Positions 8,486-17,564 of a DNA stretch of 64,000 bases are shown here, in pieces. The stretch lies in IMG/VR virus record IMGVR_UViG_2778261667_000017. The stretch is one strand, 5' to 3'. Origin of the DNA: a virus. Lineage: Duplodnaviria; Heunggongvirae; Uroviricota; Caudoviricetes. Within the stretch, counting starts at the first letter, position 1. Each line of letters starts with the position of its first letter. The position numbers and the translations under genes were made by a program. The notes beneath the pieces are model-generated. The model worked only from the letters and a program-made list of their open reading frames with translations, was not told the origin of the DNA and searched no databases.

Positions 8486-8974
8486 ATGAGTCTGTTAAAT
8501 GACGTTCAGAAATTCATTGAAGCCCATCCGGGGTGCACTTCCGGAGACATTGCGGATGCTTTTGCTGGTTACTCACGGCAGCGCGTTCTGCAGTCAGCAA
8601 GCAAGTTACGTCAGAGTGGGCGTGTGGCTCACCGTTGTGAAGGAGATACACGCAGACATTTCCCGCGCCTGACTGAGAGAGCGCAGGAACCGGAACCACA
8701 ACCAGTTCGAGAAACCAGACCTGTGCGCAATTTCTATGTCGGCACTAACGATCCCCGGGTGATTTTGTGCCTGACCCGCCAGGCTGAAGAACTGGAGTCA
8801 AGGGGCTTATACCGTCGTGCTGCAACCGTGTGGATGGCGGCATTCCGTGAAAGCCACTCCCAGCCAGAACGAAACAATTTTCTGACGCGTCGTGAGCGGT
8901 GCTTACGGAAAAGCAGCAAGCGCGCTGCATCGGGTGAAGAGTGGTATCTGTCAGGGAATTACGTGGGGGCTTAA
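8486..8974 (+). CDS. Hypothetical protein, 162 aa
   Basis: ORF with AGGGGG RBS; position after the replication initiator; no confident family. Confidence 0.5.
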   Translation: MSLLNDVQKFIEAHPGCTSGDIADAFAGYSRQRVLQSASKLRQSGRVAHRCEGDTRRHFPRLTERAQEPEPQPVRETRPVRNFYVGTNDPRVILCLTRQAEELESRGLYRRAATVWMAAFRESHSQPERNNFLTRRERCLRKSSKRAASGEEWYLSGNYVGA

Positions 8975-9627
8975 TGAGTAATAAATATTGCCAGGCGCTG
9001 GTGGAACTGCGGAACAAACCAGCCCATGAACTGAAGGAAGTGGGCGATCAGTGGCGCACGCCGGACAACATTTTCTGGGGAATTAACACCCTGTTTGGCC
9101 CGTTTGTTCTGGATCTGTTTACTGACGGTGATAACGCCAAATGTGCCGCGTATTACACGGCGGAAGATAACGCGCTGGCGCATGACTGGTCAGAACGTCT
9201 TGCGGAGCTTAAAGGTGCTGCCTTTGGTAATCCCCCATACAGCCGCGCCAGTCAGCATGAGGGGCAATACATCACCGGCATGCGTTACATCATGAAACAT
9301 GCCAGTTCCATGCGTGATAAGGGCGGGCGCTATGTTTTCCTGATCAAAGCTGCCACCAGCGAAGTGTGGTGGCCGGAAGATGCGGACCATATTGCTTTTA
9401 TTCGCGGGCGTATTGGTTTTGAACTGCCTGTCTGGTTTATCCCGAAGGATGAGAAGCAGGTGCCGACAGGAGCGTTCTTCGCTGGTGCTATTGCTGTTTT
9501 CGATAAGACCTGGAAGGGAGCGGCAATCAGCTACATCGGGCGCGATGAACTTGAGGCATGTGGTGAGGCCTTTCTGGCGCAGGTTCGCCAGCAGGCAGAA
9601 AAACTGGTCAGGGAGATGGCGGCATGA
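8974..9627 (+). CDS. Phage-type DNA N6-adenine methyltransferase (Dam family), 217 aa
   Basis: Catalytic motif FGNPPYSR (NPPY) and overall family pattern. Confidence 0.8.
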   Translation: MSNKYCQALVELRNKPAHELKEVGDQWRTPDNIFWGINTLFGPFVLDLFTDGDNAKCAAYYTAEDNALAHDWSERLAELKGAAFGNPPYSRASQHEGQYITGMRYIMKHASSMRDKGGRYVFLIKAATSEVWWPEDADHIAFIRGRIGFELPVWFIPKDEKQVPTGAFFAGAIAVFDKTWKGAAISYIGRDELEACGEAFLAQVRQQAEKLVREMAA

Positions 9628-9950
9628 CGACGTTAACTCAATGCCAGCAGCAGGTGCTGGATATGCTGATTTCTTACCAGAAAGAGCGTGGCTTTCCGCC
9701 AACCAATCAGGAGGTGGCAACCATGCTGGGATACCGTTCAGTGAATGCAGCGGTGGAGCATCTTCGCGCACTGGAGAAAAAAGGCGTCATCACGATAAAG
9801 CGTGGCGTGGCCCGGGGTATCACTCTTCATACCGCGGTGAAGGACGACGACAGCGAGGCGGCCGGGATTATCCGCTCACTGCTTGCCGGTGAGGAAAACG
9901 CCAGGCTGCGTGCAGCCCACTGGTTACATGAGAGGGGCCTGAAAGTATGA
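9624..9950 (+). CDS. LexA N-terminal DNA-binding-domain-only protein, 108 aa
   Basis: LTQCQQQVLDMLISYQKERGFPPTNQEVATMLGYRSVNAAVEHLRALEKKGVI matches the LexA winged-helix; no S24 peptidase domain. Confidence 0.65.
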   Translation: MTTLTQCQQQVLDMLISYQKERGFPPTNQEVATMLGYRSVNAAVEHLRALEKKGVITIKRGVARGITLHTAVKDDDSEAAGIIRSLLAGEENARLRAAHWLHERGLKV

Positions 9951-10336
9951 AGCTGATTCTGCCGTTTCCGCCCAGCGTGAACACGTACTGGCGACACCCC
10001 AACAAAGGGGCGTTTGCAGGTAAGAGCCTGATAAGCGCGGCGGGGCGAAAATTCCAGAGCGCGGCGTGCGCAGCAATAGTTGAACAGTTACGTCGTCTGC
10101 CGAAACCAACGTCGGCACCTGCTTCAGTGGAGATCGTGTTGTTTCCTCCGGATAACAGGATCCGCGATCTGGACAACTATAACAAGGCGCTGTTTGACGC
10201 CCTGACCCACGCGGGGGGGTGGGAAGACGACAGTCAGGTGAAAAGAATGCTGGTGGAGTGGGGACCGGTTATCCCGGAAGGGAAGGTCGAGATCACTATC
10301 AGTAAGTATGAGAAACCGGCGGGTGCAGCCGCCTGA
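9947..10336 (+). CDS. RusA-family Holliday junction resolvase, 129 aa
   Basis: RusA-like motifs (PPSVNTYWRH, D..DLDN, FDALT..G.W.DDSQV). Confidence 0.8.
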   Translation: MKLILPFPPSVNTYWRHPNKGAFAGKSLISAAGRKFQSAACAAIVEQLRRLPKPTSAPASVEIVLFPPDNRIRDLDNYNKALFDALTHAGGWEDDSQVKRMLVEWGPVIPEGKVEITISKYEKPAGAAA

Positions 10337-10355
10337 TTAAGAGGAGAAACGAAGT

Positions 10356-11153
10356 ATGAATAATCTGATGGTTATTGATGGTATTGAAGTTCGTCGTGAT
10401 GCTTATGGGCGTTACAGCCTGAACGATCTGCACAGGGCTGCTGGTTCTCTGGATAAGCATAAGCCTGCATTCTGGCTCCGCAATGAGCAAACTGAGCGTT
10501 TAATAAGCGAGTTGCAGATTTGCAACTCGGTCAATATAGAGCCAGTTAACGTTATTCGTGGCGGAAATAACCAGGGGACGTATGTCTGCAAAGAACTGGT
10601 GTATGCCTATGCAATGTGGATCAGCCCGTCATTCCATCTGAAGGTGATCCGTACTTTCGACATGGTAACCAGCGCACCGGAAAAATTATCCGGGCAGGCT
10701 GCTGACAAGATGCAGGCTGGCGTGATCCTGCTGGACTTTATGCGCCGGGAGTTAAACCTGTCTAACTCTTCAGTGCTTGGTGCCTGTCAGAAACTCCAGG
10801 AGGCTGTTGGCTTACCGAATCTGGCACCGCGCTATGCCATTGATGCTCCTGCTGATGCACACGATGGCTCAAGTCGCCCGACACTGTCACTGAGTGCACT
10901 GCTGAAACAGTATGGTATCTGCCTGACGGCTAATCAGGCATATCACCAGATGGCGAAGCTGGGGATCGTCGAGCAGCGCGAACGATACAGCCGTACCGCG
11001 ATTAACAACATCAAAAAATTCTGGTCGCTGACAGCGAAAGGCTGCATGTTCGGCAAGAACATCACCAGTCCTGCAAATCCACGCGAGACGCAGCCGCATT
11101 TCTTCGAATCCCGATTCCCTGAGCTGTTAAAGCTGCTCGATACCGTTCATTGA
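10356..11153 (+). CDS. KilA-N domain protein (antirepressor-like), 265 aa
   Basis: N-terminal KilA-N-like segment (IDGIEVRRDAYGRYSLNDLHRAAG...KPAFWLRNEQT); GAGGAG RBS. Confidence 0.7.
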   Translation: MNNLMVIDGIEVRRDAYGRYSLNDLHRAAGSLDKHKPAFWLRNEQTERLISELQICNSVNIEPVNVIRGGNNQGTYVCKELVYAYAMWISPSFHLKVIRTFDMVTSAPEKLSGQAADKMQAGVILLDFMRRELNLSNSSVLGACQKLQEAVGLPNLAPRYAIDAPADAHDGSSRPTLSLSALLKQYGICLTANQAYHQMAKLGIVEQRERYSRTAINNIKKFWSLTAKGCMFGKNITSPANPRETQPHFFESRFPELLKLLDTVH

Positions 11154-11154
11154 G

Positions 11155-12150
11155 GTGACCGTGAGAGCACTACTGACCCCTGAAATTGCCCCGCGTATGG
11201 GGATCGTATTGTTCAGACCAGGTACAGAGCTGATGCCCCTGTTTATGCAGGGGCGTGTCCTGCTGGAGCCTGAGCCAGAACGTTATTCATCTTTCGCCAG
11301 TGGTGCCGTTCCGGCGGCATCACAACCGCTGGCGGATGATCCTGCCGTTCGGGCCGTGTTCCGCTATGAGGCAGTGATCCGTCGTGCTGGTGGCGTGGAA
11401 TGTCTTGAAAGCTGGTTACTTCGTGAAAAGGGCTGTCAGTGGCCTCATTCCGACTGGCACAGCGAGAACATGACCACAATGCGGCACGCTCCGGGAGCAA
11501 TCCGTCTGTGCTGGCACTGCGATAACCAGCTGCGCGATCAGTTCACGGAACGGCTGGAAACAATGGCAACGGATAACTGTGCCCGCTGGGTGTTGTCTGT
11601 TGTGCGTCGGGATCTCGGTTTTGATGACAGTCACGTTGTGACAATGCCGGAACTGTGCTGGTGGCTGATTCGTAATGATCTGGCGGATGCCTTACCGGAA
11701 AGTGCAGCCCGTAAGGCACTGAGATTACCGAAGCCTGTTGTGCCGTCTGTCACCCGGGAAAGTGACCTTGTGCCTTCGGTTCCTGCCACCAGCATCATCC
11801 TGGATAAGGCGAAAAAGGTGCTGGCGCTGAAAGTGGATCCGGAGTCGCCGGAGTCTTTTATGTTACGCCCCAAACGTCGCCGCTGGGTTAATGAAAAGTA
11901 CACGCGCTGGGTTAAGACACAGCCGTGTGCATGTTGTGGAAGGCCCGCTGATGATCCCCATCACCTGATAGGTTACGGTCAGGGTGGAATGGGAACAAAA
12001 GCGCATGACCTTTTTGTGTTGCCTTTGTGCAGAAAGCATCACGACGAGCTGCATGCGGATACCGTGGCATTTGAAGAGAAGTATGGCTCCCAGCTGGAGC
12101 TGATATTTCGTTTTATCGATCGTGCGCTGGCAATTGGCGTGCTGGCCTGA
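11155..12150 (+). CDS. DUF968-like phage protein with C-terminal Cys/His nuclease-like motif, 331 aa (GTG start, uncertain)
   Basis: C-terminal CACCGRPADDPHHLIGYG...CRKHHDELH motif; position before Q as in ydfU-type genes. Confidence 0.55.
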   Translation: MTVRALLTPEIAPRMGIVLFRPGTELMPLFMQGRVLLEPEPERYSSFASGAVPAASQPLADDPAVRAVFRYEAVIRRAGGVECLESWLLREKGCQWPHSDWHSENMTTMRHAPGAIRLCWHCDNQLRDQFTERLETMATDNCARWVLSVVRRDLGFDDSHVVTMPELCWWLIRNDLADALPESAARKALRLPKPVVPSVTRESDLVPSVPATSIILDKAKKVLALKVDPESPESFMLRPKRRRWVNEKYTRWVKTQPCACCGRPADDPHHLIGYGQGGMGTKAHDLFVLPLCRKHHDELHADTVAFEEKYGSQLELIFRFIDRALAIGVLA

Positions 12151-12167
12151 TTTTGTGGAGAAAGTTG

Positions 12168-12524
12168 ATGCGTGATATGTATGAAGTATTGGACCGCTGG
12201 GGAGCATGGGCTGCAGCAGAAAATAGTGGTGTGGACTGGCAGCCGATAGCGGCTGGTTTCAAGGGACTTTTACCACACGGTAAAAAGTCACGTCTCCAGT
12301 GTGATGATGATGAAGGCATCATGATAGACGGTTGTGTGGCTCGGTTGCGAAAGTATAAACCAGAGGAATATGAGCTGCTCATAGCTCACTTTGTTATTGG
12401 TATCTCATTACGCACTATTGCCAAGAAGAGAAGATGTTCAGATGGCACAATTAGGAAGGAATTGCAGACTGCCATGGGGTTTGTTGACGGCTGTTTAGCA
12501 ATGTTAGCTTATAGTATGGCATAA
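12168..12524 (+). CDS. Q: Late-gene antiterminator Q, 118 aa
   Basis: Paralogous to the second Q at 52486-52863 (shared MRDxxxVLxRWGAWAA, CxxC pairs). Confidence 0.8.
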   Translation: MRDMYEVLDRWGAWAAAENSGVDWQPIAAGFKGLLPHGKKSRLQCDDDEGIMIDGCVARLRKYKPEEYELLIAHFVIGISLRTIAKKRRCSDGTIRKELQTAMGFVDGCLAMLAYSMA

Positions 12525-13718
12525 AAAATAAAATAGATTTACTGCCGATTTTTCAAAAAAGACTGGGAACTGTTTATATCCAACGTAAATAAGGCCTCCA
12601 TAAAACATGGCTGATGCGAGATATTTAACAGTTCTCATCCTTTTTTTAGCTTTATCAATCAAACCTGTAATGCTACTCTTAATACTATCTGCATTATCTT
12701 TGATTTCTTTATTTTCTTCAAACTTTAAATACTTATCGAAAGCGGACTCCACTCGAGAACGTAAGTTGTCGAATGTTTCATTGAATATCTCAATAGAAAT
12801 GTAATTGACTTTTTTTATCATCCAAAGTCCTGCGATAATCAATATTGCTTCGGTTGTTTCATTAGCCTTCACTAAGCCACCAGCTGCTATTAATGCACCG
12901 GGAATAGTCAATGCTTTTGTCTGATTAGATGATATGAATTCGTTAATTTTACTCGTGAACTCAAGATTTTTCTCATCGAGTTCGTTAAGAATTTTATTTA
13001 CAGAAAACCTCTTTGTGTAAATCTCATATAGTTCATCATATTTTTTTCTGACGAGTTCAGTAGAGTTAAGCAAGTCAAAGAAATTGAATGTACCATTTGC
13101 TTTAAATACTTCGTTTATGGCTGAACGTATAACGAGCTTGCGCTCGCTTTTGTGTAAATCATTGATTTTTATTGTGTCGAGAAGCTCCTTTATAATTTCA
13201 TATTTAAGAGACGAGTTCGATAAGCGATTAATCTCGCTATATTGTAAAAAATGCGTGAGTTCGACTGTATAACTTTTGTCTTCATTGGTGAAAAATAAGA
13301 CAGAGCAGTCACTGTTATGATGATCAGCAATTAATGAAAGGATATCTTTCCACATAAAGAAAATATGGATTTTTTCGATGCTTTCATTCTTAGAAGTAGG
13401 GAGTATTAACGGCGTTCCGATGATATAATTTTTCGGAAGAGCGTTTTGGGTGTTTACTCTAGACCAAAAAGACTCAACATTCTCATAAATTATAGCGTCA
13501 TCCCAAGATGAAGCTTGGCGATCTAGCCAAATTTCATTATTTTCGATGCAGTTTGTTGCCTTTTTATAACCTATAGATTGTAACAGTCTAATTATTTCAG
13601 AACTATTTACAATAACAATGCTTTCTTCAAGACTTATGACAGTGTAGTAGCCCTCAACTCTGCTTGAGGCTCCGTTAATAATCTGCGCTAATCTTGATAA
13701 GTCATCAGCAATTGTCAT
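12504..13718 (-). CDS. Hypothetical protein with C-terminal transmembrane helices, 404 aa (candidate effector)
   Basis: AT-rich; soluble N-domain then predicted TM segments ALTIPGALIAAGGLV, AILIIAGLWMI, YLASAMFYGGLIYVGY; 3' end overlaps Q by 21 bp. Confidence 0.75.
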   Translation of the reverse strand: MTIADDLSRLAQIINGASSRVEGYYTVISLEESIVIVNSSEIIRLLQSIGYKKATNCIENNEIWLDRQASSWDDAIIYENVESFWSRVNTQNALPKNYIIGTPLILPTSKNESIEKIHIFFMWKDILSLIADHHNSDCSVLFFTNEDKSYTVELTHFLQYSEINRLSNSSLKYEIIKELLDTIKINDLHKSERKLVIRSAINEVFKANGTFNFFDLLNSTELVRKKYDELYEIYTKRFSVNKILNELDEKNLEFTSKINEFISSNQTKALTIPGALIAAGGLVKANETTEAILIIAGLWMIKKVNYISIEIFNETFDNLRSRVESAFDKYLKFEENKEIKDNADSIKSSITGLIDKAKKRMRTVKYLASAMFYGGLIYVGYKQFPVFFEKSAVNLFYFLCHTIS

Positions 13719-13720
13719 TA

Positions 13721-14896
13721 TTAGCTGTCTCTATATCTTTTGAGTTCATCATAATTTGCCTGACTCAATTTTATCACAATTTCGCATTTGTTGTCAGTGA
13801 GAATTACAGGCTTATTTGACTTTTCGTCTCCAATAGCTCCACGCATTATTTTCAACTTAAAATTATTGTCGTTATCTGCCACTTCAATTGTAAGCGCGCT
13901 TTCAGCTGCTTTAGGAGTTGGTTCAAATTGAGGATCAATCTGGAAACCATTAAGATTAACAAAATCGACAAACGTTCCCTTACATTTGTGTGAATCAGTC
14001 AGGCATGAGTCAATTATTTTTGAAATATCCTCTATCTTAACGGACTTATTTCCGTATTTATCTTTTGATTTTTTTTCCAGTAAGGATTTAACTTCATTGT
14101 CAATAGTATCACGCAGTACACGACCGAGTGAGTTTTTACTAGCAAAAATATCTATAGCACTGAATAATTGCTGAATGCTTCTTTTATTGTCCGAATCATG
14201 TCGGCAACCTAATGAGTCTTTGAAAAAATCGCTTTTAGATTTACCTTGCAAGAAATGTACATATGAGTCACCCTTGTTTTCTGGATAACTGGCTTCGAAT
14301 AAAGTTAAATCGAACATCGCAGCCTGCCGTAAGGCATCGGTATTAATTGGATTTAATCTTGTTGGGGTCAACTTATCCGAATCAAAGTCATAGGCGCTTT
14401 GTTTATCAACCATTACGATTAGAAGTTTTCCCAAATCCTCTGGTTCGGTAGACTTATAGTGGATGAAAACAACGCTCCCCCCCTGAAGTTGGGCAACTCT
14501 CGATTCGTTATTAGCATTATGTTTAAGCTTCTCTATTATAGCTCTAGATAAATCAATGAATTCATTATTTTTATTAATGTATTTTTTTAGGATCGTAGGA
14601 ATGGATGAAGGGTTGTGATCTGAGTCTAGGAAGTTATGAAATTTGTTTTTTCGGCTAAATTTTTTCTCAATTCTGGTTATGAATTCAGATGTGACTTCAT
14701 TTTTTAGATCCCAAACTTCACCTAATCGATAATCAAATGCTCTTGAATCATTTTTTTCAAGATTTGCTGTTACAGCACCAATAGGAAAGTACGATTGTTT
14801 GCCCAGCACTACAACATGAGGCGTGGCGCCGCATTTATCGCAAGCTACAGTTGGGTCGTCAAGAACATTGCCACATTCTAAACAAGTTATATCCAT
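13721..14896 (-). CDS. Zinc-ribbon + NdpA/YejK-like nucleoid-associated-protein-family protein, 391 aa (candidate sensor)
   Basis: N-terminal CLECG-x12-CDKCG zinc ribbon; GGSVVFIHY...MFDLTLFE...YVHFLQGKSKSDFF align to the remembered YejK core; AT-rich. Confidence 0.75.
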   Translation of the reverse strand: MDITCLECGNVLDDPTVACDKCGATPHVVVLGKQSYFPIGAVTANLEKNDSRAFDYRLGEVWDLKNEVTSEFITRIEKKFSRKNKFHNFLDSDHNPSSIPTILKKYINKNNEFIDLSRAIIEKLKHNANNESRVAQLQGGSVVFIHYKSTEPEDLGKLLIVMVDKQSAYDFDSDKLTPTRLNPINTDALRQAAMFDLTLFEASYPENKGDSYVHFLQGKSKSDFFKDSLGCRHDSDNKRSIQQLFSAIDIFASKNSLGRVLRDTIDNEVKSLLEKKSKDKYGNKSVKIEDISKIIDSCLTDSHKCKGTFVDFVNLNGFQIDPQFEPTPKAAESALTIEVADNDNNFKLKIMRGAIGDEKSNKPVILTDNKCEIVIKLSQANYDELKRYRDS

Positions 14897-15013
14897 TATA
14901 TATCCCGAATTATAAGAATGAATTTTTATGTGGCTGAAAATTCTATCAAAACACTAACGCGTACGCAAAAAATATCGTAATCTGTTAAGTGTGCTCACTT
15001 CGCCACACAGCTT

Positions 15014-15046
15014 AAACCCGCCATCGAGCGGGTTTTGTCGTTTCTG
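15014..15046 (+). terminator. Rho-independent terminator in the late leader (tR'-like)
   Basis: Hairpin aaacccgc-catcga-gcgggttt followed by ttgtcgtttct. Confidence 0.5.
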
Positions 15047-15187
15047 GGTCTGGGGATTCCTTGGTCCTAGCCTATCCCGCAGTTATCCATTGACTCGGCT
15101 TCTTTGACGTTTCCGCATCTGATTTGCGGTACATGATGTTTCCTCAATTTGCACCTGCTGTATCAGCGAGGTGAGAGATAACTACAA

Positions 15188-15514
15188 ATGCCTCATAACC
15201 CAAATACCTGGCTGGAGTTGGTCCAGAGCTGGTGGCGTGGAGACACACCGCTGGGCGCAGTGATTATGTCGATCGTTATGGCTGGCTTGCGCATTGCCTA
15301 TTTTGGCGGTGGTGGTGGCTGGAAACGAAAAACGCTCGAGATTTTGCTCTGTGGTGCTCTGACGCTGACTTTTGCATCCGCTCTTGAGTATGTCGGATGG
15401 CCTAAATCTCTTTCTGTTGCCATTGGTGGCGGCGTTGGGCTGATCGGGGTCGATGCTATTCGTGGGGCTGCAATGAGAGTAATCGGTAATAAGTTTGGTG
15501 GCTCTAAGGAGTAA
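15188..15514 (+). CDS. Holin, 108 aa
   Basis: Small membrane protein with TM segments and charged C-terminus, directly upstream of endolysin. Confidence 0.8.
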   Translation: MPHNPNTWLELVQSWWRGDTPLGAVIMSIVMAGLRIAYFGGGGGWKRKTLEILLCGALTLTFASALEYVGWPKSLSVAIGGGVGLIGVDAIRGAAMRVIGNKFGGSKE

Positions 15515-15517
15515 TTT

Positions 15518-15994
15518 ATGCAGGTACTAAATTCCCAGCGTAAAGCTTTCCTCGATATGGTGGCATGGTCAGAAGGAACGGATAACGGGCGACAACCGAC
15601 ACGTAACCACGGTTATGATGTTATTGTCGGTGGAGAACTCTTCACTGATTACTCCGATCACCCTCGCAAGCTTGTCACGCTAAACCCGAAACTCAAATCA
15701 ACAGCTGCAGGCCGTTATCAACTTCTTTCGCGCTGGTGGGATGCTTACCGCAAGCAGTTAGGGCTGACAGACTTCTCTCCTAAAAGCCAGGATGCTGTTG
15801 CATTACAGCAGATTAAAGAGCGTGGCGCTTTACCGATGATTGATCGCGGCGATATTCGTCAGGCTATCGATCGTTGCAGCAATATCTGGGCGTCGTTACC
15901 TGGTGCAGGTTACGGTCAGTATGAACATAAAATCGGTGACCTGATTTTCCGGTTTAAAGAGGCTGGTGGGGTGGTAAATGAAGTTGAGCTATAA
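15518..15994 (+). CDS. R: Endolysin, lambda R-like lytic transglycosylase, 158 aa
   Basis: Near-identity to remembered lambda R (QRKAFLDMVAWSEGTDNGRQ.TRNHGYDVIVGGELFTDYSDHPRK). Confidence 0.9.
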   Translation: MQVLNSQRKAFLDMVAWSEGTDNGRQPTRNHGYDVIVGGELFTDYSDHPRKLVTLNPKLKSTAAGRYQLLSRWWDAYRKQLGLTDFSPKSQDAVALQQIKERGALPMIDRGDIRQAIDRCSNIWASLPGAGYGQYEHKIGDLIFRFKEAGGVVNEVEL

Positions 15995-16304
15995 GCTGGC
16001 TATCTCTGCATTCATCTTTACTGTCATCGGTTCTTTCATCTGGTCTGCCAACCACTACTACAGCAAATATCAGCACGAAAAGAAACGTGCTGATGAGGCT
16101 GTACAAAATGCTGAATCTGCAACAGCCATTACCCGTAACGTCCTGCAATCACTGCAAATCGTCAATACAGTTATAGAGGTTAACCAGCATGCAAAACAGC
16201 AGATCGCACTGGAGTCACAGAGAACCCAGAAAGATATCAAAGTGGCTGTTGCGGATGATGATTGTGCTGCACGCCTTGTGCCTTGTGCCTGCTGCCGCTG
16301 CTGA
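15978..16304 (+). CDS. Rz-like i-spanin, 108 aa
   Basis: N-terminal TM helix then coiled-coil; overlaps endolysin end. Confidence 0.75.
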   Translation: MKLSYKLAISAFIFTVIGSFIWSANHYYSKYQHEKKRADEAVQNAESATAITRNVLQSLQIVNTVIEVNQHAKQQIALESQRTQKDIKVAVADDDCAARLVPCACCRC

Positions 16305-16519
16305 GCGGTTGCGGAAGTACGCGGACAGTTTACGTGAGCACTCCGGCTACAACATTACCGACTAGTCTGACTTCTGAAACACCTGTACCGTTCATACCAA
16401 ATCCTCTGACGTATGGTGCCAGCCTGGAGCTGAATGTGAGTCTGTTGTCTGCACTGGCTAACTGCAATCGGGATAAAGCTGATATTCGTAAAATAGATGC
16501 AGAGAGAACTAACCATTAA
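16262..16519 (+). CDS. Rz1-like o-spanin lipoprotein, start uncertain
   Basis: Lipobox LLSGC, proline-rich; overlaps 3' end of Rz in another frame. Confidence 0.5.
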   Translation: MCCTPCALCLLPLLSGCGSTRTVYVSTPATTLPTSLTSETPVPFIPNPLTYGASLELNVSLLSALANCNRDKADIRKIDAERTNH

Positions 16520-16540
16520 GCAATAAAATTGTCAAATTGA

Positions 16541-17167
16541 TCAGTTGTCAAATGAATATACGTTAAAGGTATATGTCGACATAATTTCACCAAGTACCTC
16601 AATACATATACTTTTTTTATGAAAATTACTGGGAAATGAACTTAGCTCTTCAAGGTATTGCACATAAGTGCTGATATCACTTGCATCACGTTCAAGGAAT
16701 TTCACTTGGCCAAAAGAAGGAGTATTAATCCTGGTTCTTTGCTGGATTATATGGATAAAATGTGTAGTTGGTGAAACTATTACTCTTGAAATATCGGAAA
16801 TGATGTCTTCTTGAACTTGCCGATAAAGTAAATCCTTTGGGTAATGGTGTTTTATCTCGATGGTTGCAACATTGCCATTATGTTCAGACGTTAATATCGA
16901 CTGGTTATAAAGTGATATGTCAACAGCGCCGATACCGAGTTTTGGATGCTCACTTAAAGCAGTTAGTGTGCTGATTTGATTGAGTATAACAACTAACTCA
17001 TCACGTATTTGTGTTTCATGTTTGCGATTGTAGAAGTAGCCATTCAGTTCATTTAACTTTTTATGCATCCTATCGTGACTAATTGCTTCGATCAGTAAAT
17101 CCTGAATCATACTTTTCTCTAGGTAATCCGAACGGTTGTAAGTGACAGTATTGTGCTGGCATGTCAT
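16541..17167 (-). CDS. Hypothetical protein, 208 aa (AT-rich cargo)
   Basis: Antisense to late operon between spanin and HNH; no recognisable domain. Confidence 0.65.
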   Translation of the reverse strand: MTCQHNTVTYNRSDYLEKSMIQDLLIEAISHDRMHKKLNELNGYFYNRKHETQIRDELVVILNQISTLTALSEHPKLGIGAVDISLYNQSILTSEHNGNVATIEIKHHYPKDLLYRQVQEDIISDISRVIVSPTTHFIHIIQQRTRINTPSFGQVKFLERDASDISTYVQYLEELSSFPSNFHKKSICIEVLGEIMSTYTFNVYSFDN

Positions 17168-17210
17168 TAATATGTAAAGGTATTGTGAATACCAGAAAGA
17201 TAACGAAGTA

Positions 17211-17564
17211 TCATCGATAGAAAAACTTTACAGCCCACTCGTAAACAGCTTTGTAAATCGGTTCATGGTAAATACTATCGATACTATTCAGATGTGCGAT
17301 CATCGCCTCCACAGTTGTAGTGGTTGTTTCTAATATTTCGATTATTGCAGGGCGGTCATCATCTTCATCGAAGTATTCGAACAGCAGTACAGGTTTACCA
17401 TGCCATTCAGCATCTGAGACTCTAAGGTTACAACTACCGCTCAACTCAAAGTGAATTTTGTAATTACCTTCTACAGAATGGCCTACGGGGAAAAAGTATA
17501 GGGTGTCATCTTTGTTCAAAAGCCATTCCCATTCATAACTATTCATTTGTGAACTCCTGTTCAT
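17211..17564 (-). CDS. Hypothetical acidic protein, 117 aa (AT-rich cargo)
   Basis: Upstream partner of 16541-17167 on the same strand; acidic stretch FEYFDEDDDRPAIIEILETTTTT. Confidence 0.65.
   Translation of the reverse strand: MNRSSQMNSYEWEWLLNKDDTLYFFPVGHSVEGNYKIHFELSGSCNLRVSDAEWHGKPVLLFEYFDEDDDRPAIIEILETTTTTVEAMIAHLNSIDSIYHEPIYKAVYEWAVKFFYR

Noticed and set aside
12504-14896. Assignment of the cargo pair to the Kiwa system (membrane protein plus soluble partner)
   Set aside because: Gene order, sizes and topology (soluble zinc-ribbon/NdpA-like gene first, 404-aa protein with C-terminal TM helices second) do not fit KwaA/KwaB as I recall them; left as unassigned.
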